Part shown: positions 9,713 to 20,462 of the stretch, one piece after another | Position numbering within the stretch: the stretch's first letter is position 1 | Layout of the letters: the number at the start of each line of letters is the position of its first letter | NCBI GenBank assembly: GCA_965208575.1 | Contig: CBDBOV010000005.1 | Span: forward strand, 160,001-224,000 | Origin: Spirochaetia bacterium | GTDB taxonomy: Bacteria > Spirochaetota > Spirochaetia > SZUA-6 > Bin103 | Length of the DNA stretch: 64,000 nt | Direction of reading: 5' to 3' | Program-made: the position numbers and the translations under genes | Notes under the pieces: model-generated | Database searches by the model: none | Told to the model about the DNA's origin: nothing | The model's input: the letters and a program-made list of their open reading frames with translations, nothing else

Positions 9713-10384
9713 TCACCCTCCGAACAGCCCTGGTGGCAAAGGCCCGATCGGAGGCGGACACTCCCGGTTCGGCTGCGCCGGCAGCCCGGACAGGATCTGA
9801 CGGGCACGCTGTTCATTGTCGGCCTCCAGGCGGAACCAGGTGCGCACGAATTGCTCGGGGAACAACTCGTCGAACTCTTTCCTGAAGCCGTCGTCGATGA
9901 TCACGAACCGCTCGATCTCCGGATGCGACTCCAGGTACTCCTTGACCTCTCCCGCGCGGTAGAGCGGCGGCCCGCCGCTCTCGTTGGTCGCATCGGTCAC
10001 GTAGTGATGCAGTTCGTACACTCGAAACAGTGCCTGGAGTCCACGAGTGGACTTGCTTCTGCGCCAGTCCGAGCTGATCACGATGCCCGCGCCGAAGTCC
10101 TTGCACAGCGAGCGCAGCCGTTCGACCGCTTTGCTGTCCCAGTCAAAGCAGACCGCCCCAAGGTCGTACTTGTCCATGCCCAGGTAGATCTCATCGGCGA
10201 ATCTGTCGGCCAGCGAGCGCCGCAGTTCCTCCAAGTCATGCTTGAACCGTCTTTGGCTCGAGGGCCGCTGCAAGACGCCGTCGATGTCGAGAAATATGAC
10301 GGTGCGCCGAAGTGCCTCCTGCTGCGTGGGGATGTCTCGGTTCTCCGGCTGCGCGGCTGCCGTGGGTAGTAGGTCGAGGTTCAT
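9713..10384 (-). CDS. HAD domain protein (Swiss Army Knife RNA-repair-like HAD)
   Basis: VIFLDIDGVL...IVISSDWR...RAGEVKEYL...FVIIDD. Start placed at ATG 10384, just after TTGATT-17-TATGAT. Confidence 0.75.
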   Translation of the reverse strand: MNLDLLPTAAAQPENRDIPTQQEALRRTVIFLDIDGVLQRPSSQRRFKHDLEELRRSLADRFADEIYLGMDKYDLGAVCFDWDSKAVERLRSLCKDFGAGIVISSDWRRSKSTRGLQALFRVYELHHYVTDATNESGGPPLYRAGEVKEYLESHPEIERFVIIDDGFRKEFDELFPEQFVRTWFRLEADNEQRARQILSGLPAQPNRECPPPIGPLPPGLFGG

Positions 10385-11039
10385 TGCGGGGATCATATGC
10401 CCCGACCTCAGGGCAATCAAGACCGAGGCCGGCTCCCGCCGGTTCCGACCATCCCTGCGGTGCCGTGGCGGTGGCTTTGCGGTCTTCCGTCAACCTCGCC
10501 GTCCACGTCACCAGGGTGATCCCATGCTGACGGACGTGATGGAGGTGATGGAGGGACAAGCGCCGGCTCGGTGAGCAAGCAAGTTCGTGACGGCGAATTC
10601 GTCGGGCCTCAGTCTCCGCCTGCGCACGGCCGTCACCCCGACAGGACGCGCCGCACCTCGTCCGCATCCACCGCCAGCGCCGCGGCGATCGCCTCGGCAT
10701 CCTGTCCCAGGCCATGCAGGCGGCGGATCGCCTGCGTAGATCGGGTTGGCGACGTCCACGCCCGCATTGAACCTGCGCCCCGCGCGGTCAGTCAATCGCC
10801 GTGCCCGTGTTGCGGATGATCGGTGCGGCGGCGGTGTCATGCACTGACGCGCGTGCTCCCTGGTCTATTGCCGGGGGCGGGCGCCGCCGGACGCCGGCGA
10901 GTGCTCCTGGCGCGCTTCACGCCCCGCCTCGGATCGCGACTGACCGCCTGCGATTCGGTAGCGAGGGATATTCCTGAGGACGCGTGGCACGCGCGGCTGA
11001 ATATCCCTCGGCAGCCTGGTGGTATGAACGGGGCGATGC

Positions 11040-11398
11040 TTTGCGTTTGACAACTACCGTCCGCCACCGTGTGTCAGCACCATCGCCCACTTCGGCACCG
11101 CCTATCCCGACCTCACCTTCGGATCGTTCGTGTTCTGTCAGAGCTACCGCACCCCGGCCGTGCTGGCGAAAACGGCGGCCAACCTGCAGTTGCTGACCGG
11201 CGGCCGCTACGTGTTCGGCATCGGTGCCGGATGGGTCGAGCGCGAGTACCACGCCTATGACTACGAGTTCCCGAAGCCGGCCGTGCGCATCGCCCAACTG
11301 GACGAGGCCGTGCAGATCGTCAGAAAGCTCTGGACCGAAGTGCCCGCCACCTTCCACGGCACCCACTACCGGGGCACCGACGCCTACTGCGAGCCTCA
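11040..11398 (+). pseudogene. LLM-class flavin-dependent oxidoreductase fragment
   Basis: CQSYRTPAVLAKTAANLQLLTGGRYVFGIGAGWVEREY. Confidence 0.75.
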
Positions 11399-12859
11399 CG
11401 CAAGACTCTGGAAACCTTCATTCGCTTCAACGTCGAGCAGAGCGTGATACCGCAGGCGGTCGCCCCGGAGGACCTGTTCGTGCAAGCACCGCCTACCGGG
11501 CGCTACCAGGTAACGCAACCCCGGCCCGCCCCACCCGCTCAGCCCCCGGCGTATCAAGATTTCGTGACATGGCGTAGATTCCGTTCCACCATGGTGCGAC
11601 GGTGTCGTGACGGGATGCGGAGCAGGAGTCTTTCGGCGTTCCTGATGCTGAAGCCAGCGGAAAGATCCAATTCCGGCAACGCAGCGAACAGCCTCGTCTT
11701 GGTAGAACTCAGGTAAAGAAAATCCAATAGCGCCTTCTCTGGAGTCGCCATCTGCACTCCCTTTACGCCATGTTGTTCATAGGCGCAGAAGAACGGCGCG
11801 GATATGTGATGCACAGAGAACCTACCCACCGGGGTAGCGTAGACCCGTGTTCGGGTAAGTGAAACGCAATAAATGCATAATCCGGTGCAAAAGAGCCACT
11901 GATCCGTTTTAAGGAAGCCACCCGTCCGGAAATAAAATGCCACCCGTCCGGGGGAAAAGAGCCAATCTGAGGCTGCCGCCCGGACAGGATCTGGTCCGAT
12001 CCTGCAATACGCTCTCCCGATCCGCACAGGAGGGAGAGGCATGGCACGCAGGAGGATCAGCGTGGAGAAAATCAAAGAGGTCATCCGCTACGGGGTGACC
12101 ACGGATCTGAGCGCGAGGGCGATTGGCCGCGCGCTGCAGGTGTCGCGAACCGCGGTGGCCAAGTACCTGGAGTGGTTCCACGGCAGCGGACTGACCTGGG
12201 AGCAGGCACAGGAGCTGCCCGACAGCAAGTTGGTGAGCGTGTTGGAGGGCCATCGAGAGCCGCGGACGAACGCGCGCTACGAGCGGCTGGCCGAGCGCTT
12301 TCCGACGATGGTCAAGGAGTTGCGGCGCAAGGGAGTGACGCTGCAGTTGCTCTGGGAGGAGTACCTGCGCGACCACCCGGACGGCTATCAGAACAGCCAG
12401 TTCTGCTACCACTTCCACCGCTGGCGGCAGAGCGCCGAGGTGGGCATGCACATCGACCACAAGGCCGGCGAGAAGCTGTTCGTCGACTACGCCGGCGACC
12501 GGCTGGCGATCGTGGACCGGGAGGGCGGCAAGGAGCAGCCGGTGGAAACGTTCGTGGCGATCCTCGGGGCCAGCGAGCTGACCTACGTGGAGGCCAGCGC
12601 CACGCAGCAAAGCGCCGACTGGATCCGCTCCAACGAGCGGGCTTTACGCTACTGCGGCGGCTGCCCGCAGGCGATCATCCCGGACAACCTGCGCAGCGCG
12701 GTCAGTCGGTCGGACCCCTACCAGCCGGGCATCAACCCGCAGTTCGACGCGTTCGCCGAACACTACAGGGTGGTCATCATGCCCGCCCGCGTCCGGCAGG
12801 CGTGGAGTTGCCCCACTTTCGTGGACACATTAGGAGTGAGGCGGAATGAGGAGGCAACG

Positions 12860-13171
12860 ATGCCGAAGACACATCGACCATACGCGCCTGAGTTTCGCCA
12901 GCAGATGGTCGAGCTGGTGCAGTCTGGGCGCACGCCCGAGGAGTTGGCGCTGGAGTACGAGCCGTCCGCGGGCGCGATCCGCAACTGGGTGGCGCAGCAG
13001 GAGCGGGACGCTGGACGCCGCGAGGACGGGTTGAGCAGCGATGAACGCCAGGAGCTGCGCCGACTGCGGCGAGAGAACAAGCAACTGCGGATCGAGCGCG
13101 ACATCCTAAAAGCAGCGGCCTGGTTCGCACGGGAGAGCGACTCGATCCCCGAGCGGGGTTCGAGTTCGTGA
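12860..13171 (+). CDS. IS3 transposase OrfA
   Basis: SD GAGGAGG; YAPEFRQQMVELV...ELRRLRRENKQLRIERDILK. Confidence 0.88.
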   Translation: MPKTHRPYAPEFRQQMVELVQSGRTPEELALEYEPSAGAIRNWVAQQERDAGRREDGLSSDERQELRRLRRENKQLRIERDILKAAAWFARESDSIPERGSSS

Positions 13172-14019
13172 AAGCCAACCAGGCGCGCTGGCCGGTACGC
13201 ACGATATGTCGAGTGCTGGGTCTCTCCGCCAGCGGCTACTATGCGTGGGTGCACCGCGAGCCGTCGGCGCGAGAGCGGCGCGACAAACAGTTGCGGGAAC
13301 GTATCACGACGATATGGAGAGCCAACCGCGAGGTGTATGGTCGGCCGCGCATCCACGCCGAGTTGCAGGCTGAGAACGAGCGAGTCGGGCACAAGCGGGT
13401 GGCGCGGCTGATGAAGCAGGCCGGCATCGAAGGGGCCAGTCGCCGCCGCGGGCCCAGGACCACAACGCGTGGCGCGGCGACCCGACCGGCGCCAGACTTG
13501 GTGGATCGGAACTTCACCGCGGCCGGGGCCGACCAATTGTGGGTGGCCGACATTACGTACGTGCCGACGTGGGCGGGGTTTCTGTACTTGGCGGTGGTGC
13601 TGGATACCTGGAGCCGCCGGGTAGTGGGCTGGTCGATGGCCGGTCATCTGCGCACGGAACTGGTGCTGGAGGCGCTGGACATGGCGCTCTGGCAGCGGCG
13701 ACCCGAGCAGGTGATCCACCACAGCGACCAGGGCTCTCAGTACACCTCGATTGCGTTCGGGATGCGCTGCAAAGAGGCCGGCGTGCGTCCCTCGATGGGC
13801 TCGGTGGGCGATGCATACGACAACGCGATGTGCGAAAGTTTCTTCGCGACCCTGGAGTGCGAGTTGCTTGATCGGAGCCGATTTCGCAGCCGTGCCGAGG
13901 CGCGCTTGGCAATATTCGAGTTCATCGAGGGGTTCTACAACCGTCGCCGGCGTCACTCGGCGCTGGGCTACCAGTCGCCGGTCGCGTTCGAGGCCACTCG
14001 GACAGGAGCGGCAGCATGA
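13168..14019 (+). CDS. IS3 transposase OrfB (DDE)
   Basis: WVADITY...HHSDQGSQY...DNAMCESFF. Confidence 0.92.
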   Translation: MKANQARWPVRTICRVLGLSASGYYAWVHREPSARERRDKQLRERITTIWRANREVYGRPRIHAELQAENERVGHKRVARLMKQAGIEGASRRRGPRTTTRGAATRPAPDLVDRNFTAAGADQLWVADITYVPTWAGFLYLAVVLDTWSRRVVGWSMAGHLRTELVLEALDMALWQRRPEQVIHHSDQGSQYTSIAFGMRCKEAGVRPSMGSVGDAYDNAMCESFFATLECELLDRSRFRSRAEARLAIFEFIEGFYNRRRRHSALGYQSPVAFEATRTGAAA

Positions 14020-14215
14020 GCATCGTCGTGGTGCCGATGCTGGCGCTCGGCCCCCTCCAGGGACAATATTCGTCGGCAATTGGCCCTCTCCGGACCGCTT
14101 GGCGTCCGAGTCGGCTGCGCGCGCCGACCGGCGTCGCGGTGAGCACGCAGCGCAGCGGGGATGCAGCGTCTGAGGTGCTGGACCAGGAGCCGTTACGTAA
14201 CGGTGATCAGTGCCC

Positions 14216-14503
14216 ATGGCGTTGACCAATGCGCAACGCCAACGGCGCTATCGAGCGCGGCGCAAGGCGCAGCAGCCGCGAGCGCAGTACCGCCGACCGC
14301 ACGACCGGCGCTCCCGACCGCAGCGCTGGCAGGATGCGGTGCGCACCCTGCTCGACCTCCAGGGAGAGTATCAAGCGTGGCTCGACAACCTGCCCGAGGC
14401 GCTCCAGGAGACCGCGCTCGGCGACAAGCTGGAGGCGATTTGCGCGCTTGATCTTGGCGCTCTGGAGAGCGTCGAGCCGCCACGCGGGTATGGGCGCGAC
14501 TGA
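14216..14503 (+). CDS. Small basic hypothetical protein (IS3 passenger)
   Basis: MALTNAQRQRRYRARRK...WLDNLPEALQ...PPRGYGRD; protein-like composition. Confidence 0.65.
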   Translation: MALTNAQRQRRYRARRKAQQPRAQYRRPHDRRSRPQRWQDAVRTLLDLQGEYQAWLDNLPEALQETALGDKLEAICALDLGALESVEPPRGYGRD

Positions 14504-15659
14504 GGCAACCTGCTGCCGACCCGTTGCGACGGCTGCATAGTTTCCAAGCGGCGCACCGCTCGCGGGTCCGTCCCCACACGGGCGCCCCGGACCGGCTCGA
14601 CCGCGCCGCTCCCGGCGGCTGCAGCCCCACCCGGGCCGACATCTTGCCGGTGCGGCGCGAACTGGCGCTCTCAGCGGCCCTGTAAGGCCGCTCCTCGCGA
14701 GCAGGTGGTCCCGGATACCCTTGCTGAACCCCGAATCGTCCCTCAGGCGCTCCGTTTCGACTCCCGGCACCCGCTGTCCATGCCGCCAGCACTGATCACG
14801 GTCGTGCGATCTCCTGACCGCGCACACCGGCGCCGCTCACGGCCATCCACACCGCCACCACCCCCAGCTTGATGCGGACTTGTCCACATATCCACAGGCA
14901 AATCCCACCCCTCCCCCGGACCCCCACCCCCTTTACCGCCACCGTTTATTTGCCGTGGAATCTCGGGAGGCGTCGTGTCGTGGGGGTCGTGGAGGCGCGG
15001 GCCTATTGCCTCACGTAAAAATCTAACCTTACGGTGAGCGTGCCTCACGTAAGAATCTAACCGAAAGGGAGGCGGAGAACGAGGGGGGAGCGCGAGGGGG
15101 GAGACTCATAAATTGTGGATAAGTGGATAGGCTGCTGGGCGACCGGCCGGGTTGATTCAAGCACACCAACGCGACCGGGGGCGTATCTGGTTGGTCGGCG
15201 CGGATGAGGAGGCGTCAACGGCAGGGAGGTGGTCGGTGCCGTGTCGTGTCGCTGACCGAAGAGGGGGCGGACGGGTCTGGAGGCGACTTCGGTGCTGGTG
15301 ACACGGGGATGTCCAGACACCACCTCGTGTCGCGGAGAGGCCTTACAGCGCGGCTGAGGCGACATTTCTTGACGCCGACCGTCTGGCTCACGGATATACG
15401 GGCGTCAGAGACGCTCAGAAGTCATTTGCCGAGCCGGGTGATGCCGCCCACGCCGCGATCGGCGCGCAGGTTGCTGCGGAGCGCACGGAGCGAGGCGCCC
15501 CGGACAACTGCACCGAGGTGCGTTGCCCGGGGCAGGGTCATGACAATTCCCCACCGCCGGGACGGGGTAGGCGACGAGGTTGCGACACCGGAGCCGTCGG
15601 GATCGAACGGGGCGGAGGAGATGCTGTACCCCGCTGACGGACGGAGGGCGTAGCCCGAC

Positions 15660-17253
15660 CGGAGTCAGCCGGCGCGGTGCCGTGGAGGCCACCGTGGACG
15701 ACGCCGAGATGGCGGACCAGGCAGCCAAGCTGCTCGCTTCCGGGATGAGCGGCTCAGCCTGCGCTCGCGAACTCGGCATCCCGGTGAGCACCTTCAACGA
15801 GAACCGCCGCGCCGGCGTCATCACAGATCCCACCCGGGAGCCCGCCGCCAGCGCCGAGGTTGCGCCGGCGGCCACCACCACTGATCACCCGGTCAGCACC
15901 GCCGCCGCGGTCAGCGACCCGGCGGTCGCCACTGAGCGCGCCAGCCGCGACGCCCGCGACAAGCACGCGCCCATGGGCCGCGCGGCGCGCGACGTGGAAC
16001 GCCGCACGCTCGCCAGAGCCGGCCTGCTGACCGAGGCCACACCAGCGTTCGTCGAGCCCGCCCACGCGGTCGCTGGCGGCGGCGTGCTGGCCGCACTGGC
16101 GATGCTGCTGCGCGAGGGCCTGCTCACCGCCGCCAACCGCCTGTTCCGCCTGCCGGCCGGATTCTACGGCCTGACCACCATCCTCCTGTTCGTCGCCTGC
16201 ATGACCCTGGCCCGGGTGCGCAACCCCGAGAGCCTGCGCTACCAGGCACCCGGCGAGTGGGGCGCCATCCTCGGCCTCGACCGCTGTCCGGAGACCAAGA
16301 CGCTGCGCCGCAAGATCAGGCTGCTGGCCAGCGCCGAGCACACCGTGCGCGATTGGCAATCGGTACTGGCGCGTACCTGGGCCAGCGAGCACGACGACGA
16401 CTGGACGACGCTGGCCGTGGATGGCCACGTGAAGGTGTACACCGGGCGCAACGGGCGGTTGCCGAAACACTTCGTCGCACGCCAGAAGCTGTGTCTGCCG
16501 GCGTCGGTGAGCTACTGGATCAACGCCCTCGGCGGCGCACCGCTGCTGTGCCTGCACAAGGCGCTGGACCCGAAGCCGGTGAATGCGATCAAGCACGACG
16601 TGGTGCCGCAGTTGCAGCACCTGGGGGTGGTGACCGAAGCGGCCCCCGACCTGACCGGAGCACCGGCCGGTACCCCGCAGCTGACCCTGGTGTTCGACCG
16701 CGAGGGCTGGAGCCCGGACCTGTTCAAGCGCCTGGCCCGGCGTGGCATCGCCTGCATCACCTGGCACAAGAACTTCAACGGCGCGGACTGGCTGCCGGAA
16801 GACTTCCACACCTTCGAGGTACCGATCCATGGTCCCGCCGGCACCAGCACGACTGCGGTTGATCTGGCCGAGCAGCCGATCATGCTGCGCAACGGGCTGG
16901 TGGTGCGCCAGATCCGGCGGCGTCTGGCCAACGGTCGTCAGGTGGCGGTGATCACCACGCACCCGCAGATGCCGTTGGCGCAGGTCGCCGGCGCCATGTT
17001 CTCGCGCTGGTCGCAGGAGAACTTCTTCAAGTACCTGCGCGAGCAGTTCAACCTTGACGCGCTGCCGAGCCATGACCTTGCGCCGCCGGAGCCCGACGCA
17101 CGGGTCGTGAACCGGTGCGCCGGGCCCTGGAAAAGAGCATCAGGCGGGTACGCAGCCGGCTGGCAGCGGTCCGCAATCGCCTCGCCGAGGCACTGCAGGG
17201 ACGGCACCGGGACTCCGCCACCCGGCTTACGGTCGCGGATAAAGTTGCACTGA
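15660..17253 (+). pseudogene. Putative DDE transposase remnant, truncated and frameshifted near 17110
   Basis: GGVLAAL...GFYGL...LGLDRCPE...VDGHVKVY...VFDREGWS...RWSQENFFKY. The start boundary is approximate. Confidence 0.65.
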
Positions 17254-17395
17254 ATTGCATGGTTATGCATAGACACGGGGGTATCCAGACACCACCTCGT
17301 GTCGTGGAGGGGCCTTACAGCGCGGCTGAGGCGACGTTTTCTCATCGCTGACCGCCCATTCTCCGATTATCGACCGTCAGACCCGCCTGAGAGGG

Positions 17396-18670
17396 TCATT
17401 TTGCCGTGCGACCGCTGCCACCACGCTCCTCGCTCGGTGTTTGCACCGTGCTTGGTGCGGCCTTGGCGGTCTTGCTGACGTTCAGCTGCAGCAGATCCTC
17501 GGTCAACCTGGTCAGCTCGCGCTTGAGGGCGACCGGATTCAACGTCGCGTACTGCTGCTTGAGGCGGTTCTTCACCTTCTCGCTCACCGACTCGGAGGCC
17601 AGCATGCGGTGATACGGCGTCTGCGGGTCGTCATAGATGCGGCGCACCTTGCTGCCGGTGCGGGTTTTCTTCACCAGCTTCACCGAGGGATAGAAGAAGT
17701 TCACCAGCAGGCACAGCGGGCGGTATATCGCGTTGAGGGCAGCCAGTTCCCGGTCGGTGTCGTAACGCAGGTGGCCGACCGCCCGTCGCACCACGTGGCC
17801 ATTCTTCTGCTCGACGTAGCAGGTGTCGTTCTTGCGATGCGGGCGACCCCGAGTGAACGTGATGCCGTGCGCTTCGCAATAGCGCAGCAAATGATGATTG
17901 ATGAACTCGCTGCCGTTGTCGGTGTCGATCCCCCGCATCACGATCGGCAGGCTCTGCCGGGCAGCGTCGATCGCCTCGTGGGTCCAGCGCTGCGCCTTGT
18001 TCTGCACGCCGTACAGGTCGACCCAGCCGGTGTCAACGTCGGTGATGGTGAGCGTGTGGCAGAAGTCGCCTGACGCGTTGCCGCCTTCATGGCCCACCAA
18101 GTCGATCTCGAAGAAGCCCGGCTCCTGCTCGTCCCAGTCAGCGAAGGTTCGGATCGCGATCTGATCCTTCAGGAGGGTGCCCGGCTTGGTGTGCGTGCGA
18201 CCCTTCAGGCGCAGCCGTGCGCGCTCCTGCTGCAGCAGCCGGTCGATGGTCGCGGCGCTGATGGTCTGCAGCTTGCCGCGCACCGCTGCGGTCAGCTCGA
18301 TCTCGCCGAACGACTCCAGCGTCGGCAGCATGGTGCGCAGCACGACCACCAGGCGCTTGCCGCACATGCAGTCGAACACGTACCAGATCAGCTTCAGAGC
18401 GACCAGCACCTCCTGGTCGTAGCGCCGCGGTCGCACGCGGCGCTGGGCAGGCCGCGGACGCCCGACCACCAGCTTCACCAGTGTGCCGTCGACTCGCACC
18501 ATGCGGGTCCGTCCCCACCAGGTCAACAGATGGATCGCGTACTTGCGCTGGTACCCGGTCGACTCGACGAACTCGTCGAGTATGCGCCCCTTCTCCTTCT
18601 TGCCCGCCCGACGATACCGCTGCGCGTGCTGCTCGGTGAGCTCTCGCCTTGAACTCATCTTCAACCCCAT
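17396..18670 (-). CDS. ISNCY-family transposase/integrase
   Basis: ISAATIDRLL...PGFFEIDLVGH...IDTDNGSEFIN...VEQKN; SD GGAG. Confidence 0.88.
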   Translation of the reverse strand: MGLKMSSRRELTEQHAQRYRRAGKKEKGRILDEFVESTGYQRKYAIHLLTWWGRTRMVRVDGTLVKLVVGRPRPAQRRVRPRRYDQEVLVALKLIWYVFDCMCGKRLVVVLRTMLPTLESFGEIELTAAVRGKLQTISAATIDRLLQQERARLRLKGRTHTKPGTLLKDQIAIRTFADWDEQEPGFFEIDLVGHEGGNASGDFCHTLTITDVDTGWVDLYGVQNKAQRWTHEAIDAARQSLPIVMRGIDTDNGSEFINHHLLRYCEAHGITFTRGRPHRKNDTCYVEQKNGHVVRRAVGHLRYDTDRELAALNAIYRPLCLLVNFFYPSVKLVKKTRTGSKVRRIYDDPQTPYHRMLASESVSEKVKNRLKQQYATLNPVALKRELTRLTEDLLQLNVSKTAKAAPSTVQTPSEERGGSGRTAK

Positions 18671-19700
18671 CTCCTCCGGAACCTCCTCACGTCCCTCGGA
18701 GAGGCTCCAACCGGACCCGGAAGGTCCAGCCCGTTCGGTTAGATTTTTAGATGAGGCATGCTTTCGCTACGGTTAGATTTTCGATGAGTCAATGCGGCGG
18801 GTTGACAACCAACCGAATACACCTCAACCTGCCATGCACTACCCCGCCACCTCAGTAGTTACCTGTCCACCGAAACGGGGCACCCTCAGGCGCGCGACAA
18901 GGCTCTGGTCGAGAACGCGGTACGGTTGGCGTATCAACGCATCTACGCGCCGTTGCGGGATCGTACCTTCCACTCCCTGGAGGAATTGAACGCGGCGATC
19001 AGACCGCTCCTGGAGGAGCACAACGAGCGCCGCTTCCAGCGCCTGCCCTACTGTCGGCGCGAGCTGTTCGAGCAGATCGAACAGCCGGTCCTGGCGCCGT
19101 TGCCTCGCCACCACTTCCCGCTGCAGCAGATCCGGGAAGCGACGGTCGGGTTCAACTATCACGTCGAGCTGCGCGAAGACCGGCACCACTACAGCGTGCC
19201 GTATCACCTGCGCAGCCGCGATCCGCGCACCAAGGTCAAGCTGCTGTACGACGAGCGTACCGTGTCGATCTACTACGACAACGTGCGCATCGCCGAGTAC
19301 CAGCGTGACCGCCGTCCGGGTCGCTACACCACGCTGCCCGACCACATGCCGCCGCAGCACCGATGGTATGCCGAGTGGACCCCGGAACGGTTCTTGCGCT
19401 GGGGGCGGGCGCACGGCGCCAACGTCGAGGCGGTGATCGAGCAGGTGCTGAAGGACGCCAAGTACCCGCCGCAGGGGTTCCGTTCCTGCCTCGGCATCCT
19501 GAACCTGGAGAAGAGCTACGGCGCCGCGCGGCTTGATCGCGCCTGTGGGCGCGCGCTGCGCTACGGGCTGTGCTCCTACCGCCGCATTCAGAACATGCTG
19601 AAGCTGGGCCTGGAGGAGGAGCAACAGCAGCAGTCGCTGAGCTTCCCCAGTCATGACAACGTCCGCGGCAGCGACTACTACAACTGAGGAGACCCCGACG

Positions 19701-20462
19701 ATGACCAATAACCAAGCCACCCTCGACAAGCTCGACCGGATGCGCCTGCACGGCATGGCGCGGGCATTGCGCACCAGCCTCGACAGCCAGGCGCAGTGTA
19801 CGACCGACGAGTTGCTGGCCCGCCTGGTGGATGCCGAGTGGGACGACCGCCATGAGCGGCGTCTGCAGCGGTTGCTGAAGGCGGCCCGCTTTCGCTACCC
19901 GGCCGCCATCGAGGAGGTAGACTTCTCGCTGCGCCGCAACCTGGATCAGAACCAACTGCTGCGGCTGGCCGACTGCCGCTGGGTGCAGCACCACCAGGAC
20001 CTGATCATCACCGGCAAGTGCGGCTCCGGGAAGAGCTTCCTGGCCTCCGCGCTGGGCCACCAAGCGTGTCTGCGCGGGTTCCGGGTCGGCTATCATGCGT
20101 CCTCCCGGCTGTTCGGGGAACTGCGCCTGGCGAAGGCTGACGGCAGCTACGTCCGGGAGCTGGAGAAGATCAGCAAGCAGGCGCTGGTCATAATCGACGA
20201 CTTCGCGCTGGAGCCACTGGACGGACTGGCGCGGCTGGCCCTGCTGGAGATGCTCGAAGACCGCCACGGTCGCGCCTCGACCCTGATGGTCTCGCAGTTG
20301 CCGGTATCGTCCTGGCATGAGGTGATCGGCGAGCCCACCATCGGCGATGCGATCTGTGACCGCATCGTGCATGGCGCCCACCGCATCAACCTGGAGGGAG
20401 ATTCGGTGCGCAAGCTGTATGCCGAGCGTGCCCGGCGGGACGCGGCCGAGCGGCTGGGATAG
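19701..20462 (+). CDS. istB: IstB ATPase
   Basis: Walker A GKCGSGKS, LVIIDDF, and DAICDRIVH. Confidence 0.92.
   Translation: MTNNQATLDKLDRMRLHGMARALRTSLDSQAQCTTDELLARLVDAEWDDRHERRLQRLLKAARFRYPAAIEEVDFSLRRNLDQNQLLRLADCRWVQHHQDLIITGKCGSGKSFLASALGHQACLRGFRVGYHASSRLFGELRLAKADGSYVRELEKISKQALVIIDDFALEPLDGLARLALLEMLEDRHGRASTLMVSQLPVSSWHEVIGEPTIGDAICDRIVHGAHRINLEGDSVRKLYAERARRDAAERLG

Larger units (their letters stand above)
15002..18796 (-). mobile_element. ISNCY-type (rve integrase) element
   Basis: Ends CCTATTGCCTCA / CGCATTGACTCA, each with two ...AATCTAACC repeats; TSD GCGGG (14997-15001, 18797-18801). Confidence 0.8.
12803..18888 (+). mobile_element. IS3-family element with passenger DNA and a nested ISNCY element
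   Basis: IRL TGGAGTTGCCCCACTTTCGTGGACA and IRR TGTCCACCGAAACGGGGCACCCTCA (18864-18888); TSD GGCG (12799-12802, 18889-18892). Confidence 0.9.
12041..19687 (+). pseudogene. istA: IstA transposase interrupted by IS3 (12041-12802 + 18893-19687)
   Basis: HKAGEKLFVDYAG...IIPDNLRS...PARVRQA|RDKALVE rejoins in frame across the insertion. Confidence 0.9.

Noticed and set aside
12041-13171. 376-aa novel transposase fusion in the ORF track
   Set aside because: Chance in-frame read-through from truncated istA into IS3 orfA; the IR and TSD mark the junction at 12802/12803.
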